Both the position numbers and the translations under genes were made by a program. From contig JASGHJ010000002.1 of assembly GCA_047602405.1 (NCBI GenBank), positions 2,496,001-2,560,000 on the forward strand: a stretch of DNA of 64,000 nucleotides. Direction: 5' to 3'. The DNA is from Anaeromyxobacteraceae bacterium (GTDB taxonomy: Bacteria; Myxococcota; Myxococcia; Myxococcales; Anaeromyxobacteraceae). How positions within the stretch are numbered: the stretch's first letter is position 1; each line of letters begins with the position of its first letter. Under the pieces are notes generated by a model. It did not search any database, was not told where the DNA came from, and saw only the letters and a list, made by a program, of their open reading frames with translations. This document shows positions 38,666-49,327 of this stretch, piece by piece.

Positions 38666-40501
38666 ATGGCACGCATCCTCCTCATCGAGAACGACGCCAG
38701 CTTCGCGGCCTCGCTGGCCAGGGTCCTCTCCGCGACCGGGCACGAGACCGAGGTCGTGGGCGAGGGCAAGGAGGGGCTCGCGCGGGCGACCTCCCAGCAC
38801 CCCGACGCGATCGTCCTGTGCGTCGAGCTGCCCGACATGAGCGGCTACCTCGTCTGCCAGAAGCTCAAGAAGGACGAGGCGCTCCGGTCCATCCCGCTCG
38901 TCCTCACGAGCGCCGACGCCACCGAGAAGAGCTTCGCCGACCACCAGAAGCTGAAGGTCCGCGCCGACGCGTACCTCCTGAAGCCCTTTCCGCCCCAGAC
39001 GCTCATCGACTCGCTGCAGCACCTCGTGGAGCTGCCCGATCGCCCGGCGGGCGCGCCCCCCGACGAGGAGGAGCTGGTGCGCTTCGAGGACGGCGGCGAC
39101 CTCGGCATGCCGTCGCTCGACCTCGACGCCCTCGGCGACGAGTCCCCTCACCTGCGCGAGGATCCCCGCCCGGCGGCCCCCCCGCGCGACGAGGACGATG
39201 CGTTCCTGGATTCGCTCATGGGGCTCGGTGACGAGCACCCCGCCGGGCACGACGCGCCGGCGGAGGACCACCCCGACGAGGCGCTCACGCACGGCGGGCT
39301 CGGGCTCGAGCTCGACCTCGACCCGGAGCTGATGGACCGTCCGCTCGGGGCCGACGACGTGGACGCCGCGGCCGAGGCGGCGCCGGAGGACGCGCGCGAC
39401 CCGATGGCGGAGCTCGAGGCGCTCCGCGACGACCGCGACGATCACCCGGCGCCGAGCGCGCTCTCGCTCGACGACGACGACCTCCCGCCGATCCACCCCG
39501 CGAACGTGGACCTCCTCCGCGCCGCCGGGATGAAGCTGCTCGACGACGACGTGGGCGCCGGCCCCGCCGCGGCGCCGACGCCCGCCCCCGTCCCGGTCGT
39601 GACCCGCCCGACGCTGCCCATCCCCGGCTCCTCCCGCGCCGGCCCCGCCCTCGACCTCCCCCGGCCCGGCCAGGCGCTCAGGTCGGCCGAGTCGACGCAG
39701 CCGACCGCGCCCGTGGCCTCCCTCTCCTCGAGCCAGGCCGAGCGGCTCGAGCGCGAGCTCGCCGAGGTCCGCGAGCACCTCGCCGACGCCCGCGCCGAGG
39801 TCCTCTCCCGCGAGTCCGAGGTCCGCCAGCTCAAGGACAAGGTCGGGAGCAGCAACCGCCGCGCCGAGCAGGCCGAGGCCGAGGTCCGCCAGCTGCGCAC
39901 CGAGGCCGGGGAGCTCGACGAGCTGAAGGCCCGCGTCGCGGCCGCCGAGCGGCGCGCCGAGGACGCCACCGGCGCCCGCGCCGAGGCCGAGCGCCGCGCC
40001 GCGGAGGCCGAGCGCAAGGCGTCCGACGCCGACCGCAGGCTCGCGGAGGCCCAGCGCCGCGTCGAGGAGGCCGCCCAGGGCGCCGCCGCGGCGAAGGCCG
40101 AGCTCGACGCGCAGGCCGCCGCCGGCCGCGAGGCCGCCCAGAAGGCCGAGGCGCTGCGCGCGGAGCTCGCCGCCGCGCGCGCCGACCTCGAGGCGGCCCG
40201 CGCGGAGCTCGCCGAGGCGAAGGCGCATCCCGCCGTCGACCCCGCCGCGAGCGCCGCCCTCCAGGCGCGCATCGCCGAGCTCGAGGCCTCGTCCGCGAAG
40301 CACGAGGACCGGGTCGTGAAGGCCTACCAGAAGATCCGCAACGACGAGAAGGTGCGCGACAAGGTCCGCAAGGCCCTCTCCATCGCGTCCCAGCTCCTCG
40401 ACGAGGGCATGGTGCCGGATCCCACCGCCGAGCGCCGCTCGGCCGCGTCGGCGGTGGCGACGCCCGCGCCGGTGCCCCGCCCCGAGCGCCAGGGCAGCTG
40501 A
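38666..40501 (+). CDS. frzS: FrzS-like pseudo-receiver/coiled-coil motility protein
   Basis: Receiver with Cys at the phosphoacceptor position (IVLCVELP), GYLVCQKLKKD, FADHQKLKVRADAY, acidic linker, long coiled coil, C-terminal RVVKAYQKIRNDEK. Confidence 0.8.
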   Translation: MARILLIENDASFAASLARVLSATGHETEVVGEGKEGLARATSQHPDAIVLCVELPDMSGYLVCQKLKKDEALRSIPLVLTSADATEKSFADHQKLKVRADAYLLKPFPPQTLIDSLQHLVELPDRPAGAPPDEEELVRFEDGGDLGMPSLDLDALGDESPHLREDPRPAAPPRDEDDAFLDSLMGLGDEHPAGHDAPAEDHPDEALTHGGLGLELDLDPELMDRPLGADDVDAAAEAAPEDARDPMAELEALRDDRDDHPAPSALSLDDDDLPPIHPANVDLLRAAGMKLLDDDVGAGPAAAPTPAPVPVVTRPTLPIPGSSRAGPALDLPRPGQALRSAESTQPTAPVASLSSSQAERLERELAEVREHLADARAEVLSRESEVRQLKDKVGSSNRRAEQAEAEVRQLRTEAGELDELKARVAAAERRAEDATGARAEAERRAAEAERKASDADRRLAEAQRRVEEAAQGAAAAKAELDAQAAAGREAAQKAEALRAELAAARADLEAARAELAEAKAHPAVDPAASAALQARIAELEASSAKHEDRVVKAYQKIRNDEKVRDKVRKALSIASQLLDEGMVPDPTAERRSAASAVATPAPVPRPERQGS

Positions 40502-40523
40502 CGCCGCCCCGCGCCGCGAGGGC

Positions 40524-40835
40524 TCAGACGGCCTCCTCTGCGTCGTCCGGCGCCGCGGCGTCGTGGAGCGACACGCCGAAGTAGCGCAGGAGCCGCTCGT
40601 GGTGGCGCGTCAGCCCGCGCACCGCGAGGTGGCGCTCGCGCCCGGCCAGCCCGCGGGCGACCGCGGCGATGCCCAGGTCCGAGGCGGACCGCACCCGCGT
40701 GAAGTCGACGACGACCGGTCGCTCGCCTGGCACCTCGGCGAGCCAGGCGGCGAGCCGGGTCGCCGCCGGCGCGTCGAAGTTCCCGTCCACCGTCACGACG
40801 ATCCGCCCGTCGGTTCCCCGGCCGATGTCCATCAT
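40524..40835 (-). CDS. Small STAS-like protein
   Basis: VDGNFD...VVVDFTRVR...LLRYFGV; GAGG upstream. Confidence 0.6.
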   Translation of the reverse strand: MMDIGRGTDGRIVVTVDGNFDAPAATRLAAWLAEVPGERPVVVDFTRVRSASDLGIAAVARGLAGRERHLAVRGLTRHHERLLRYFGVSLHDAAAPDDAEEAV

Positions 40836-40936
40836 GCGCCACCTCGCGGTCACGAGGTGGGGGCCGCCGGGCGAGGGCGCAAGCGCGCGCCCCTTCGCGG
40901 CCGAGTTCTCCACGCCCTCCTGGGGCAGCAGCCGAG

Positions 40937-41287
40937 TCAGTGCGCGGTCGGCTCGGGCTCCTCCGCCGGCGCAGCGTCCTCGCGGTCGTCCGCGGCGCGC
41001 ATCGCGCCGATGGCGGCCGCGAGCGCCAGGAGGTTCGCGGGCGACATCGCCGCCCGGAACGCCCCCTTCACGACCGGGCGCACGGCCGGCCAGAGCCCGC
41101 CGCCCAGCACGAACCCCGCCCCGGCCGCGACCGCGAGCACCGTCATCGGCTGCTCCCGGATCCGCCGCGACAGCTCGATGCGCTCGGCGAACCTCGCGAT
41201 CGCCTCCCGGGCCTCGTCGCCCACCGAGCGCAGCGCCTCGCCCACCTGCGCCGCGTCCTCCACCCCCAGCCCCGTCCGCTCGGCCAT
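40937..41287 (-). CDS. Small membrane-anchored protein (DUF883/ElaB-like tail)
   Basis: IREQPMTVLAVAAGAGFVLG; GGAGG upstream. Confidence 0.6.
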   Translation of the reverse strand: MAERTGLGVEDAAQVGEALRSVGDEAREAIARFAERIELSRRIREQPMTVLAVAAGAGFVLGGGLWPAVRPVVKGAFRAAMSPANLLALAAAIGAMRAADDREDAAPAEEPEPTAH

Positions 41288-41299
41288 CCGTGCCTCCGC

Positions 41300-41527
41300 T
41301 CAGGTCTTCGAGAAGATCCGCCCCAGCACGAAGCCGAGCCCCGCGGCGACGCCGATGGCGATGCCGGGTTGCTCGCGGACGAACGCCCGAAGGTTCTCGC
41401 CCGCCTCGTCGGCCCAGCCGCGGACGTCCTCCAGCCGCTCCTCCATCCGCCGCCCCACCTCGCCCACCCGGGCTCCGACGTCGCCCGGCAGGCCGCCGCC
41501 CGCCTTCTCCCCGTGTCCGTTCTCCAT
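41300..41527 (-). CDS. Small DUF883/ElaB-like protein
   Basis: FVREQPGIAIGVAAGLGFVLGRI C-terminus; GGGGAGAG upstream. Confidence 0.65.
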   Translation of the reverse strand: MENGHGEKAGGGLPGDVGARVGEVGRRMEERLEDVRGWADEAGENLRAFVREQPGIAIGVAAGLGFVLGRIFSKT

Positions 41528-41649
41528 CGCTCTCCCCGTCAGGCCGCCTCGAGCCCGCTCGACGGGGAAGATACGGAGCGTCGCGCGCGGGCCACAGGCC
41601 CCCGGGCGAGCGGGCGCGCCCGCGCCCGCGGCCATCGCCCCGCGGCAGG

Positions 41650-43251
41650 TCAGGCGCGCCGCGCGCGGCGCCTGCGCAGCGCCCCGAGGAGCTCCTCGAG
41701 CTCGGGGAGCCCGAGCGCCTTCGCGGCGCCGAGGTACGTGAGCACGCCCGCGAGGACCGGCAGGAGCCCGACGAGCAGCTGGCGCGGCACCCCGTGGATC
41801 CCCGCCGCGAGGCACCCCCTCGCCACGCCCTCGAGCGTGGCCCACGAGGCGGCCGCCAGCGGCGCGGACGCGAGGAGCACGCGGCCGAGCTGGCGGACGA
41901 GCGAGGGCCCGCCGAAGGAGCCCTGCACCCGTTGGAAGGACCACGCGAGCACGAGGTAGTTCACCCAGGCCGCGGCGGAGGTGCCGAGCGCCACGCCGCG
42001 GTGGCCGAGCACGGGCCACAGTCCGGCGCAGAGGACGACGTTCGCGAGCATCCCGGCGACGCTGCCGGCCACGGGGATCCGGGGCCGGTCGAGGGCGTAG
42101 AAGGCGGGGGCGAGCACCTTCACGCCGGAGTAGGCGTAGAGCCCGCCCGCGTAGAAGACGAGCGCCTCCGCGGTGCCGCGCGCGGCGTCCGGGCCGAACC
42201 GGCCGTGCTCGTAGATCATCGAGATGATGGGGAGCGCCAGCACCGCGAGCCCCACCGCGGACGGCACGTTCAGGAAGGCGACGAGGCGCATGGCCGAGCC
42301 CGCCATCTCCCGGACCGCGGCGTGGTCCCGGGCGGCGACGCGCTGGGCGATGCCGGCCCCCGCCACCGTGGCGATCGCGACGCCGAACACGCCGAGCGGC
42401 AGCTGCATGAGCCGGAACGCGTTCGAGAGCCAGGTCGCGCCGCCCTCCTGGTGCGACACGAACCACGTGCTGACGAGCACGTTCACCTGCGTCGCCGAGA
42501 GCCCGACCACGGCGGCCGCCATGAGCCGCCCGATGCGCCGGACCGACGGATCGCCGAGGTCGCGGGGCGCGAGGCGCGGCCTCGGGATGTAGCCCTGGGC
42601 CTGGAGGCTCGGCAGCTGGATGACGAGCTGCAGGAGGCCGCCGATCATCGTCCCCACCGCCCAGCCCGTGAGCGCCCGCTCGGGAGGCCAGCCCAGCTGC
42701 CAGATGACGACGCCGGCGGCGATCGAGCCGGCGTTGAACATCGTGGAGGCGAGCGCCGGGGCGGTGAAGCGCCCCTGCGCGTTGAGGATGCCCATCGCCA
42801 GCGCCGCCAGCGAGACGAGGAGCAGGAACGGCATCATGATCCGCGCGAGCCGGGTCGCGAGGTCCGGGGCCGTGAGCCCAGGCGCGAGCGCGGCCACCAG
42901 CCCGTCGGCGAAGAGCACCCCGAGGAGCACCAGCGTGCCGAGCACGAGGCACACGAGCGCGGTCATCACGTCGGCGAGCCGGTGCGCGGCCCCGTCCCCC
43001 TGGTTCCGCCGGACGTCCGCGAACGTCGGCACGAACGCGGAGGACAGCGCCCCCTCGGCGAAGAGGTCGCGCAGGATGTTCGGGATGCGGAACGCGACCA
43101 CGAAGGCGTCGGTCAGGTGCCCCGCGCCGAAGAGCGCGGCGAACAGCTGATCCCGGAGCAGCCCCAGCACGCGGGACGACATCGTCGCCGCCGAGAGCCA
43201 GATCGCCCGGCCGACCTTGACCGTCCCGTCGCCGGGCGGGGCCCCCGCCAC
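41650..43251 (-). CDS. murJ: Lipid II flippase
   Basis: SRVLGLLRD, AFRIPNILRDLFAEGALSSAFVP, RLMQLPLGVFG. Confidence 0.94.
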   Translation of the reverse strand: MAGAPPGDGTVKVGRAIWLSAATMSSRVLGLLRDQLFAALFGAGHLTDAFVVAFRIPNILRDLFAEGALSSAFVPTFADVRRNQGDGAAHRLADVMTALVCLVLGTLVLLGVLFADGLVAALAPGLTAPDLATRLARIMMPFLLLVSLAALAMGILNAQGRFTAPALASTMFNAGSIAAGVVIWQLGWPPERALTGWAVGTMIGGLLQLVIQLPSLQAQGYIPRPRLAPRDLGDPSVRRIGRLMAAAVVGLSATQVNVLVSTWFVSHQEGGATWLSNAFRLMQLPLGVFGVAIATVAGAGIAQRVAARDHAAVREMAGSAMRLVAFLNVPSAVGLAVLALPIISMIYEHGRFGPDAARGTAEALVFYAGGLYAYSGVKVLAPAFYALDRPRIPVAGSVAGMLANVVLCAGLWPVLGHRGVALGTSAAAWVNYLVLAWSFQRVQGSFGGPSLVRQLGRVLLASAPLAAASWATLEGVARGCLAAGIHGVPRQLLVGLLPVLAGVLTYLGAAKALGLPELEELLGALRRRRARRA

Positions 43252-44393
43252 TAGTGCTTCCCGCCCACGTTCGTCTTCGACGCCATCTCCTTCTTCGTCA
43301 GCCAGGCCTTCGCCTGCGACTGGATGGTCTGCGGGACGTTGCGGTCGCGGGAGAGCTCCTTGATGTCGCGCTCCTGGAGCGTGAGGAGCATCTTGAGCGC
43401 GGTGGGGAGCGGGACCTTCGGGTTCTTCACGAGCGAGAGCTTGATCGCGTAGGTCTTCAGGAACTCGCGGTTCGAGTAGATGTAGCGCAGGACCTCGCCG
43501 TGGATGACGCGCGAGTTGGCGAGCGAGAGGATCTCGCCGTCGGTGATGCGCGGGCTCGTCGCCGCCGCCAGGCACACGAGCTTGTTCGAGTCGCGCAGGA
43601 GCAGCGTGCGCGCCTCCTTGTTGCCCATGGTGGCGAGCTTCACCTTCTCGGAGACGGTCATCTTCATGACCTTCTGCGAGATGGTGAGCTTCTTCTGCGC
43701 CTCCTCGGCGCTCTCGGCGGGGGTGGCCGCCGCCTCCTCCTTCTCGTGCGCGAGCTCCGCCTGGTACTGGGCGAGGAGCCCCTCCGCCGTCTCCTCCGGC
43801 TCCGGCGGCTTCGCGGTCGGGTCGACCCCGTGCACGCGGAGGTGGGCGGCGACGAGCTGGGGGACGTCGAGGAGGGTGAGGCCGTTGCGGACGCAGAAGT
43901 CGCAGGCGCCGTCGATCGACGAGGCGAGCGCGTTCGGGTTCTGGCAGAGCGCCCGGATGATGGGATCGTGGCGCAGGAGCCGGAGCTCGTTCTGCCGCAC
44001 GATGTCGGCGAGCTTCTGCGACACCCCCGACGCGAGCCGCGCGACGGTCTCGTCGGGCGTCGCCGGGTTCAGGAGGAGGAGCTCGAGCGCCGGCTCCTTC
44101 GCGGCGAAGCGGTCGGCGAGCCAGTCGAGGACCTGGCCCTTCAGGTCCTCGGCGCGGAGCGCCACGCCCCAGATCTTGTCCGGCAGCCCCTCCGCGGTCT
44201 TCGCGGCGGTGGTGCGCACGCCCTCGTCCGGGTCGAACGTGAGCATGTAGAGCAGCGTGACGAGGTCGTCCGGCGCGACCGCGGGGACGAGTCCCTTCGC
44301 GCCCATCATCCGGAGCGGGGGCGGCGCCTTCTCGTCCGCGTGCTTCTGCAGCGGCTTCGGGAGCGTGTCGAGGGGCAGCGGACGGTCGGGCAT
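43251..44393 (-). CDS. Conserved hypothetical protein (helical-repeat-like, deltaproteobacterial type)
   Basis: C-terminal EKVKLATMGNKEARTLLLRDSNKLV...LVKNPKVP; host-like codon usage. Confidence 0.75.
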   Translation of the reverse strand: MPDRPLPLDTLPKPLQKHADEKAPPPLRMMGAKGLVPAVAPDDLVTLLYMLTFDPDEGVRTTAAKTAEGLPDKIWGVALRAEDLKGQVLDWLADRFAAKEPALELLLLNPATPDETVARLASGVSQKLADIVRQNELRLLRHDPIIRALCQNPNALASSIDGACDFCVRNGLTLLDVPQLVAAHLRVHGVDPTAKPPEPEETAEGLLAQYQAELAHEKEEAAATPAESAEEAQKKLTISQKVMKMTVSEKVKLATMGNKEARTLLLRDSNKLVCLAAATSPRITDGEILSLANSRVIHGEVLRYIYSNREFLKTYAIKLSLVKNPKVPLPTALKMLLTLQERDIKELSRDRNVPQTIQSQAKAWLTKKEMASKTNVGGKH

Positions 44394-44395
44394 CT

Positions 44396-44980
44396 TCAGG
44401 CTTCCTCTCCGGCGGAGGGGGCCGGCGGGGCGGGGCGGGGCTCGGCCAGGCCGAGCGAGAGCGGGGAGAGCTCGAGGACGGGTGCCCTGCGCTGGCGCCA
44501 GCGGTGGCGGAGCTTCCCGAGCCAGACGTTGACCGGGTTCCCGCGGGGCAGGAACGGCAGCACCGGCGACGAGCGGCGGCCGAGCGCGAGGCGCGCCGCG
44601 GTGAGCGCCTCGTCGTCGGGCCACAGGTCGAGGCCGCGCTTCACGTGGCGCACCGCGCGCTCGCGCTGGTTGAGCGCGAGGTGCGCGCGGGCGGCGTTGA
44701 GGAGCAGCTCCGGGGAAGGCCCGGACGTGCGCAGCGCCTGGTCGCACAGGAGCACGCCGAGGTTCGAGTTCCGCTCGACGAGCACGAGCGTCACGCCGTA
44801 CCAGCTCATGGCGCGCGGCTCGCGGGGATTGGCGCGGTGGGCCCGCTCGAAGGCGGCGTGGGCGAGGTCGAGCGACCGCGCCACGAAGGCCGCGAGCCCC
44901 CGCTCGAGGGCCTCCGCGCCTGGGCTCCTCCCCTCGGGGTTCATGGCCGGGCTCCCGGAGGCGGTCGGGGCCGCGCTCAC
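44396..44980 (-). CDS. TPR-like hypothetical protein
   Basis: Helical repeats, C-terminal [21 protein letters not shown] overlaps the coaX stop. Confidence 0.65.
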   Translation of the reverse strand: MSAAPTASGSPAMNPEGRSPGAEALERGLAAFVARSLDLAHAAFERAHRANPREPRAMSWYGVTLVLVERNSNLGVLLCDQALRTSGPSPELLLNAARAHLALNQRERAVRHVKRGLDLWPDDEALTAARLALGRRSSPVLPFLPRGNPVNVWLGKLRHRWRQRRAPVLELSPLSLGLAEPRPAPPAPSAGEEA

Positions 44981-45744
44981 CGGTTCCGCTCGTGCAGGAT
45001 CCGCAGCCCCTGCAGCGTGAGGTGCTCGTCGACCTCGGTGATGGCCTTCGACACGCCCGCCACGAGCGCGGCGAGCCCGCCGGTCGCGACGACCGTCGGC
45101 CCGAACCCGAGCTCGGCCGCCATCCGGTCGCAGATCCCGTCGACCAGGCCGACGTAGCCGTAGACGAGGCCGCTCTGCATCGAGGCGACCGTGTTCTTGC
45201 CCACCACCTGGGGCGGCCGGAGGAACTCGACCCGCGGCAGCTTCGAGGCGTTGCGGAAGAGCGCCTCCATCGAGATCGCGATCCCCGGGCAGATCGCGCC
45301 GCCGAGGTACTCGCCCCGCGGGGAGACCGCGTCGAACGTCGTCGCGGTGCCGAAGTCCACGACGACGAGCCCCTTCTTCCACTTCTCGAACGCGGCCACC
45401 GCGTTCACGACGCGGTCGGCGCCGACCTCGCGCGGGTTGTCGTAGAGGATCGGCATGCCGGTCTTCACGCCCGGCCCGACGAACATCGGCTTCACCGCGT
45501 TGAAGTAGCGGGCGCACATCCGCTCGAGCGCGAGCTGCAGCGGCGGCACCACGCTCGACACCGCGATGGCGTCCACCCGGGCCGGGTCCAGGCCCTCCAC
45601 CTGGAAGAGCTGCCGGACGAGGATGCCGTACTCGTCCGACGTGCGCGTGTGGCTCGTCTCGATGCGCCAGTGCTGGCGCAGGTGGTCGCCCTCGAAGGCG
45701 CCCAGGACCGTGTTGGTGTTGCCGACGTCGATGGCGAGCAGCAC
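44977..45744 (-). CDS. coaX: Type III pantothenate kinase
   Basis: [22 protein letters not shown]. Confidence 0.95.
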   Translation of the reverse strand: MLLAIDVGNTNTVLGAFEGDHLRQHWRIETSHTRTSDEYGILVRQLFQVEGLDPARVDAIAVSSVVPPLQLALERMCARYFNAVKPMFVGPGVKTGMPILYDNPREVGADRVVNAVAAFEKWKKGLVVVDFGTATTFDAVSPRGEYLGGAICPGIAISMEALFRNASKLPRVEFLRPPQVVGKNTVASMQSGLVYGYVGLVDGICDRMAAELGFGPTVVATGGLAALVAGVSKAITEVDEHLTLQGLRILHERNR

Positions 45745-45775
45745 GGGCGGAGACTACTTTCGCCCACCCTGGCGG

Positions 45776-46853
45776 TCAACGCGGCCGCAGGAGCGTCACG
45801 TCCCCCGCCACGAACCGCCGCACCGCCCCGGCCGCGGCCGGATTGGCGGCGTCCAGCCGGACGAGGAGCGCGCCCGTCGGGTCGAGGTCCTCGGCCACGC
45901 CCTCGTACTCCCCCTCGTCGGCCCGCACGATCACGCGCTGGCCGAGGGTGACCGTGCGCTCCCGCCAGGCGTCGAGGATCGCCCCGAAGCCCCGCTCGGC
46001 GTGGACGTCCAGCCACTCCTCGAGCCCGGTGAGGCAGGCCGCCGCGAAGAGCGCGCGGGGGGCGGGCCCGCCGCGCTCGATGGCGACGGACGTGGCGATC
46101 GGCTTCGAGCTCCGGCGGGAAGTCCTCCCGCCGCATGTTGACGTTCACGCCCACGCCCACCACCACCCACTGGACGCGGTCCGGATCCGCTGCGAGCTCG
46201 GTGAGGATGCCGCCGAGCTTCTTCCCCGACGCGTACAGGTCGTTCGGCCACTTGATGCCGGCCGGCACCCCCGCGTGGCGCAGGGCCTCGCAGATCGCGA
46301 TCGAGGTCACGAGCGTCAGCTCGGCGGCGCGGACGGGCGACAGGTCGGGGCGGAGCACCGCCGAGAAGTAGAGGTTCTTCCCGGGCGGGCTGACCCAGCT
46401 GCGGCCGCGGCGGCCCCGCCCGGCGGTCTGGGTCTCGGCGATGACGACGGTGCCGTGCTCGGCCCCCTCCCCCGCGAGCTCCTTCGCGCGGTCGTTCGTC
46501 GAGCCGAGCTCGTGGTGGGTCTCGAGCTCCTGACCGAGGTCGTGGGTGTTGAGGAGCGGCCTGAGCTCGAGCGGGGTGAGCCGGTCCGGCACCGCCGCGA
46601 GCCGGTAGCCGCGGGCGGGCACCGCGTCGATCCGGTACCCGTGGCCGCGGAGCGCCTCGACGTGCTTCCAGACGGCCGCCCGGGAGAGCCCGAGCTTGCC
46701 CGAGATCGCCTCCCCGGAGACGAACTCGTCGCCCGCCTCCGCGAGGAACGCGAGCACGAGCTCCTCGTTGCCGCCGGAGGAGTTGCCGGGGCCCGCCCCG
46801 CTCCCGGAGGAGGGGTCGGAGCCGTACTCGGAGTTGCTCCCGGGGCCGGGCAT
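45776..46853 (-). CDS. birA: Bifunctional biotin ligase/repressor; apparent +1 frameshift near 46104-46105
   Basis: HTH SGEAISGKLGLSRAAVWKHV, QTAGRGRRGR, KWPND, KLGGIL; second frame continues ATSV...GALLV...AGDV to TGA 45776; span is 3n+1. Confidence 0.9.
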
Positions 46854-46950
46854 GAGGTCCCGATGAAAGGCACTCCCCACGAGGGCCGTCAAGCGCGAGG
46901 ACCGATGATTTGCGGCCCGCCCGCGGGTACATCCCGGAGGGAGACCCACC

Positions 46951-47979
46951 ATGACCGCCACCGCCGCCGCCGTCCGCGACCTCGAGGCCCACCGGGAGGT
47001 GCTCACCGGGCACTGCTACCGGATGCTCGGCTCCCCCGCGGAGGCCGACGACGCCGTCCAGGAGACGATGATCCGGGCGCTCCGCGCCATCGACCGGTTC
47101 GACGGCCGGGCGTCGCTGCGCACCTGGCTCTACCGGATCGCGACCAACGTCTGCCTCGACCTCCTCGCCGACCGCGGGCGCCGCGAGCGCCCGGTGGGGC
47201 TCGGCCCCGCCGGCACGGTCGACGACACGCTCGTGGAGCGGCCGCGGACGCACTGGCTCGAGCCCGTGCCCGACCTGCAGGCCGTCCCCGCCGACGGCGA
47301 CCCCGCCGAGCGCGCCGCGCTCCGCCAGAGCATCCGGCTCGCCTTCGTGGCGGCGCTGCAGCACCTCCCCGCCCGGCAGCGGGCCGCCCTCCTCCTCGCC
47401 GACGTGCTCGGCTGGAGCGCGGCGGAGATCGCGGAGGCCCTCGCGACGACCGTCGCCGCGGTGAACTCGGCGCTGCAGCGGGCGCGCGCGACCCTCGCCG
47501 AGCGCGCGCCGGCCGTGGAGGGCGCCGGCCGGATCGGGCCCGAGGACGAGGCGCTCCTCGCCCGCTACGTGGAGCTCTTCGAGCGCTACGACATCGAGGC
47601 GCTCGCGCGCCTGCTCTGCGAGGACGCGGTGCTCTCGATGCCGCCGTACACGCTCTGGCTCCAGGGCCCGCAGGACGTGGCGGCGTGGATGCTCGGGCGC
47701 GGGATCGGCTGCCTCGGCTCGCGGCTCGTACCCACCCGCGCGAACGGGCTGCCGGCGTTCGGCCAGTACCGGCGCACCCCCGGCGGAGGCCACCGCGCCT
47801 GGTCGCTCGTCGTGCTGGAGCTCCGGGGCGGGAAGATCGGGGCGATGACGCACTTCCTCGACGTGGAGCACCTGTTCCCGCGGTTCGGGCTGCCGCTCGA
47901 GCTCGCGCCCCGGCCGGAGGCCGCCGGGGAGCACGCCGGGCGGGGCGCGGAGGTGACCTACATCGTCCCCTCGACCTGA
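46951..47979 (+). CDS. ECF sigma factor with C-terminal SnoaL-like domain (SigG-like)
   Basis: [40 protein letters not shown]. Confidence 0.9.
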   Translation: MTATAAAVRDLEAHREVLTGHCYRMLGSPAEADDAVQETMIRALRAIDRFDGRASLRTWLYRIATNVCLDLLADRGRRERPVGLGPAGTVDDTLVERPRTHWLEPVPDLQAVPADGDPAERAALRQSIRLAFVAALQHLPARQRAALLLADVLGWSAAEIAEALATTVAAVNSALQRARATLAERAPAVEGAGRIGPEDEALLARYVELFERYDIEALARLLCEDAVLSMPPYTLWLQGPQDVAAWMLGRGIGCLGSRLVPTRANGLPAFGQYRRTPGGGHRAWSLVVLELRGGKIGAMTHFLDVEHLFPRFGLPLELAPRPEAAGEHAGRGAEVTYIVPST

Positions 47980-48022
47980 GGGGCGTTGACGCGACCCCGC
48001 GACCGGCCCCACGCTCGGTCGC

Positions 48023-49312
48023 ATGAACGGTGGACCTCGGGCCCTGACGGGGCTCCTCTCCCTGGCCCTGCTGGCGATCGCGCCGCTCCTCGCCGGCTGC
48101 GCCGACGGTCAGGGCGCGCCGACGCGCAGCGCCTCCGCCGCGGCCGCGAGCACCGCCGTGACCTGGTCGGTCGTGGAGGCGGGTGGCGGCAGCGTGAGCG
48201 CGGCCGGGCTCTACTCCGCCCCCGCCACCGAGGCCACCTACCACGTGCGCGCGACCAGCGTCGCCGACGCCTCCGTGCACGGCGACGCCTCCGTGACCGT
48301 GAAGGCCGCCGGCGCCGGCGGGCCCGCCGCCATGGCGCTGCTCGCGCACGCCGACCCGTACGACGGCGCGCCGTCGGGCGGCGCGAAGGCGCTCGACCTC
48401 GGCGCCGCGCGCGGGCAGGTGCTCCTGTTCTGGAAGAACGACGGCAACGGTGGCGAGAGCCACGACGCGAGCATCCGCGGCTGGCTGCCCGGCGTGGCGG
48501 CCGCCTACGTGGTCGAGACGGCCCCCTCCTCGACCGGCCCGTGGACCGCCCGGGTGACGGTCTCGACGAGCCCGCGCACCGGCACGGCCCAGAACACGCT
48601 CACGAGCCGCCAGCACCTCTTCTCGGCGGCCGGCGACCGCTGGCTGCGCGTGCGGGTGACCGCGGGCGACACGAGCCTCGGCCGGGTGGACGTGCTCGAC
48701 GCGACGAACGGCGCCGCCGACTCGTTCGTCATCTTCGGCGACTCCATCACGCAGTACGCGGCCGAGGCGAGCCCCTCCACCTCGATCGCCGACCGGGTCG
48801 CGGCGCTGACCGGGGGCGCGCACCACCCCGTCGTCGAGGGCGCGGGCATCACCTACGACAAGTACGACGGCGACGCGCCCGCCGGGAACGACACCGACGC
48901 GCGCCAGCGGCTCCTCGACGACCTGCCGCTCCACCCCGGCAGGTACGTCGGCCTCGCCTACGGCACGAACGACTCGGTGAACGACGCGACCGAGGTCGCC
49001 GCGTTCAAGGCCGCGTTCCGCACCTGCCTCGACCGGATCCTCGCGGCCGGGAAGGTGCCGATGGTGGCGACCGTGCCCTGGAACGCGGAGCAGACCACGA
49101 TCGTGGCGCGCAACCAGCACCTCGCGGCGGTGCTCGCCGAGGCCGCCTACGCGGGGAAGTGGATCGCCGGGCCGGACCTGTACGCGTTCTTCAGCCAGCC
49201 CGCGAACCAGCACTTCATCACCGACGGCGACGGGCTCCACCCGAGCGTCGCCGGCGAGTCGGAGTGGCGCCGCCTGTGGGCGGAGGCCATCGTCGCGAAC
49301 GTGTACAGGTGA
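48023..49312 (+). CDS. Lipoprotein with Ig-like domain and SGNH/GDSL hydrolase domain
   Basis: Lipobox LAGC, VTWSV...GLYSAP, FGDSIT, GTND, DGLHP. Confidence 0.8.
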   Translation: MNGGPRALTGLLSLALLAIAPLLAGCADGQGAPTRSASAAAASTAVTWSVVEAGGGSVSAAGLYSAPATEATYHVRATSVADASVHGDASVTVKAAGAGGPAAMALLAHADPYDGAPSGGAKALDLGAARGQVLLFWKNDGNGGESHDASIRGWLPGVAAAYVVETAPSSTGPWTARVTVSTSPRTGTAQNTLTSRQHLFSAAGDRWLRVRVTAGDTSLGRVDVLDATNGAADSFVIFGDSITQYAAEASPSTSIADRVAALTGGAHHPVVEGAGITYDKYDGDAPAGNDTDARQRLLDDLPLHPGRYVGLAYGTNDSVNDATEVAAFKAAFRTCLDRILAAGKVPMVATVPWNAEQTTIVARNQHLAAVLAEAAYAGKWIAGPDLYAFFSQPANQHFITDGDGLHPSVAGESEWRRLWAEAIVANVYR

Positions 49313-49327
49313 CGGTCGAAGGACAAC

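Noticed and set aside
45776..46853. birA, the ABC ATPase and the Y1 transposase as true pseudogenes
   Set aside because: Each has a single +A with a shared context and no other decay; a sequencing artefact is more parsimonious, though not proven without reads.
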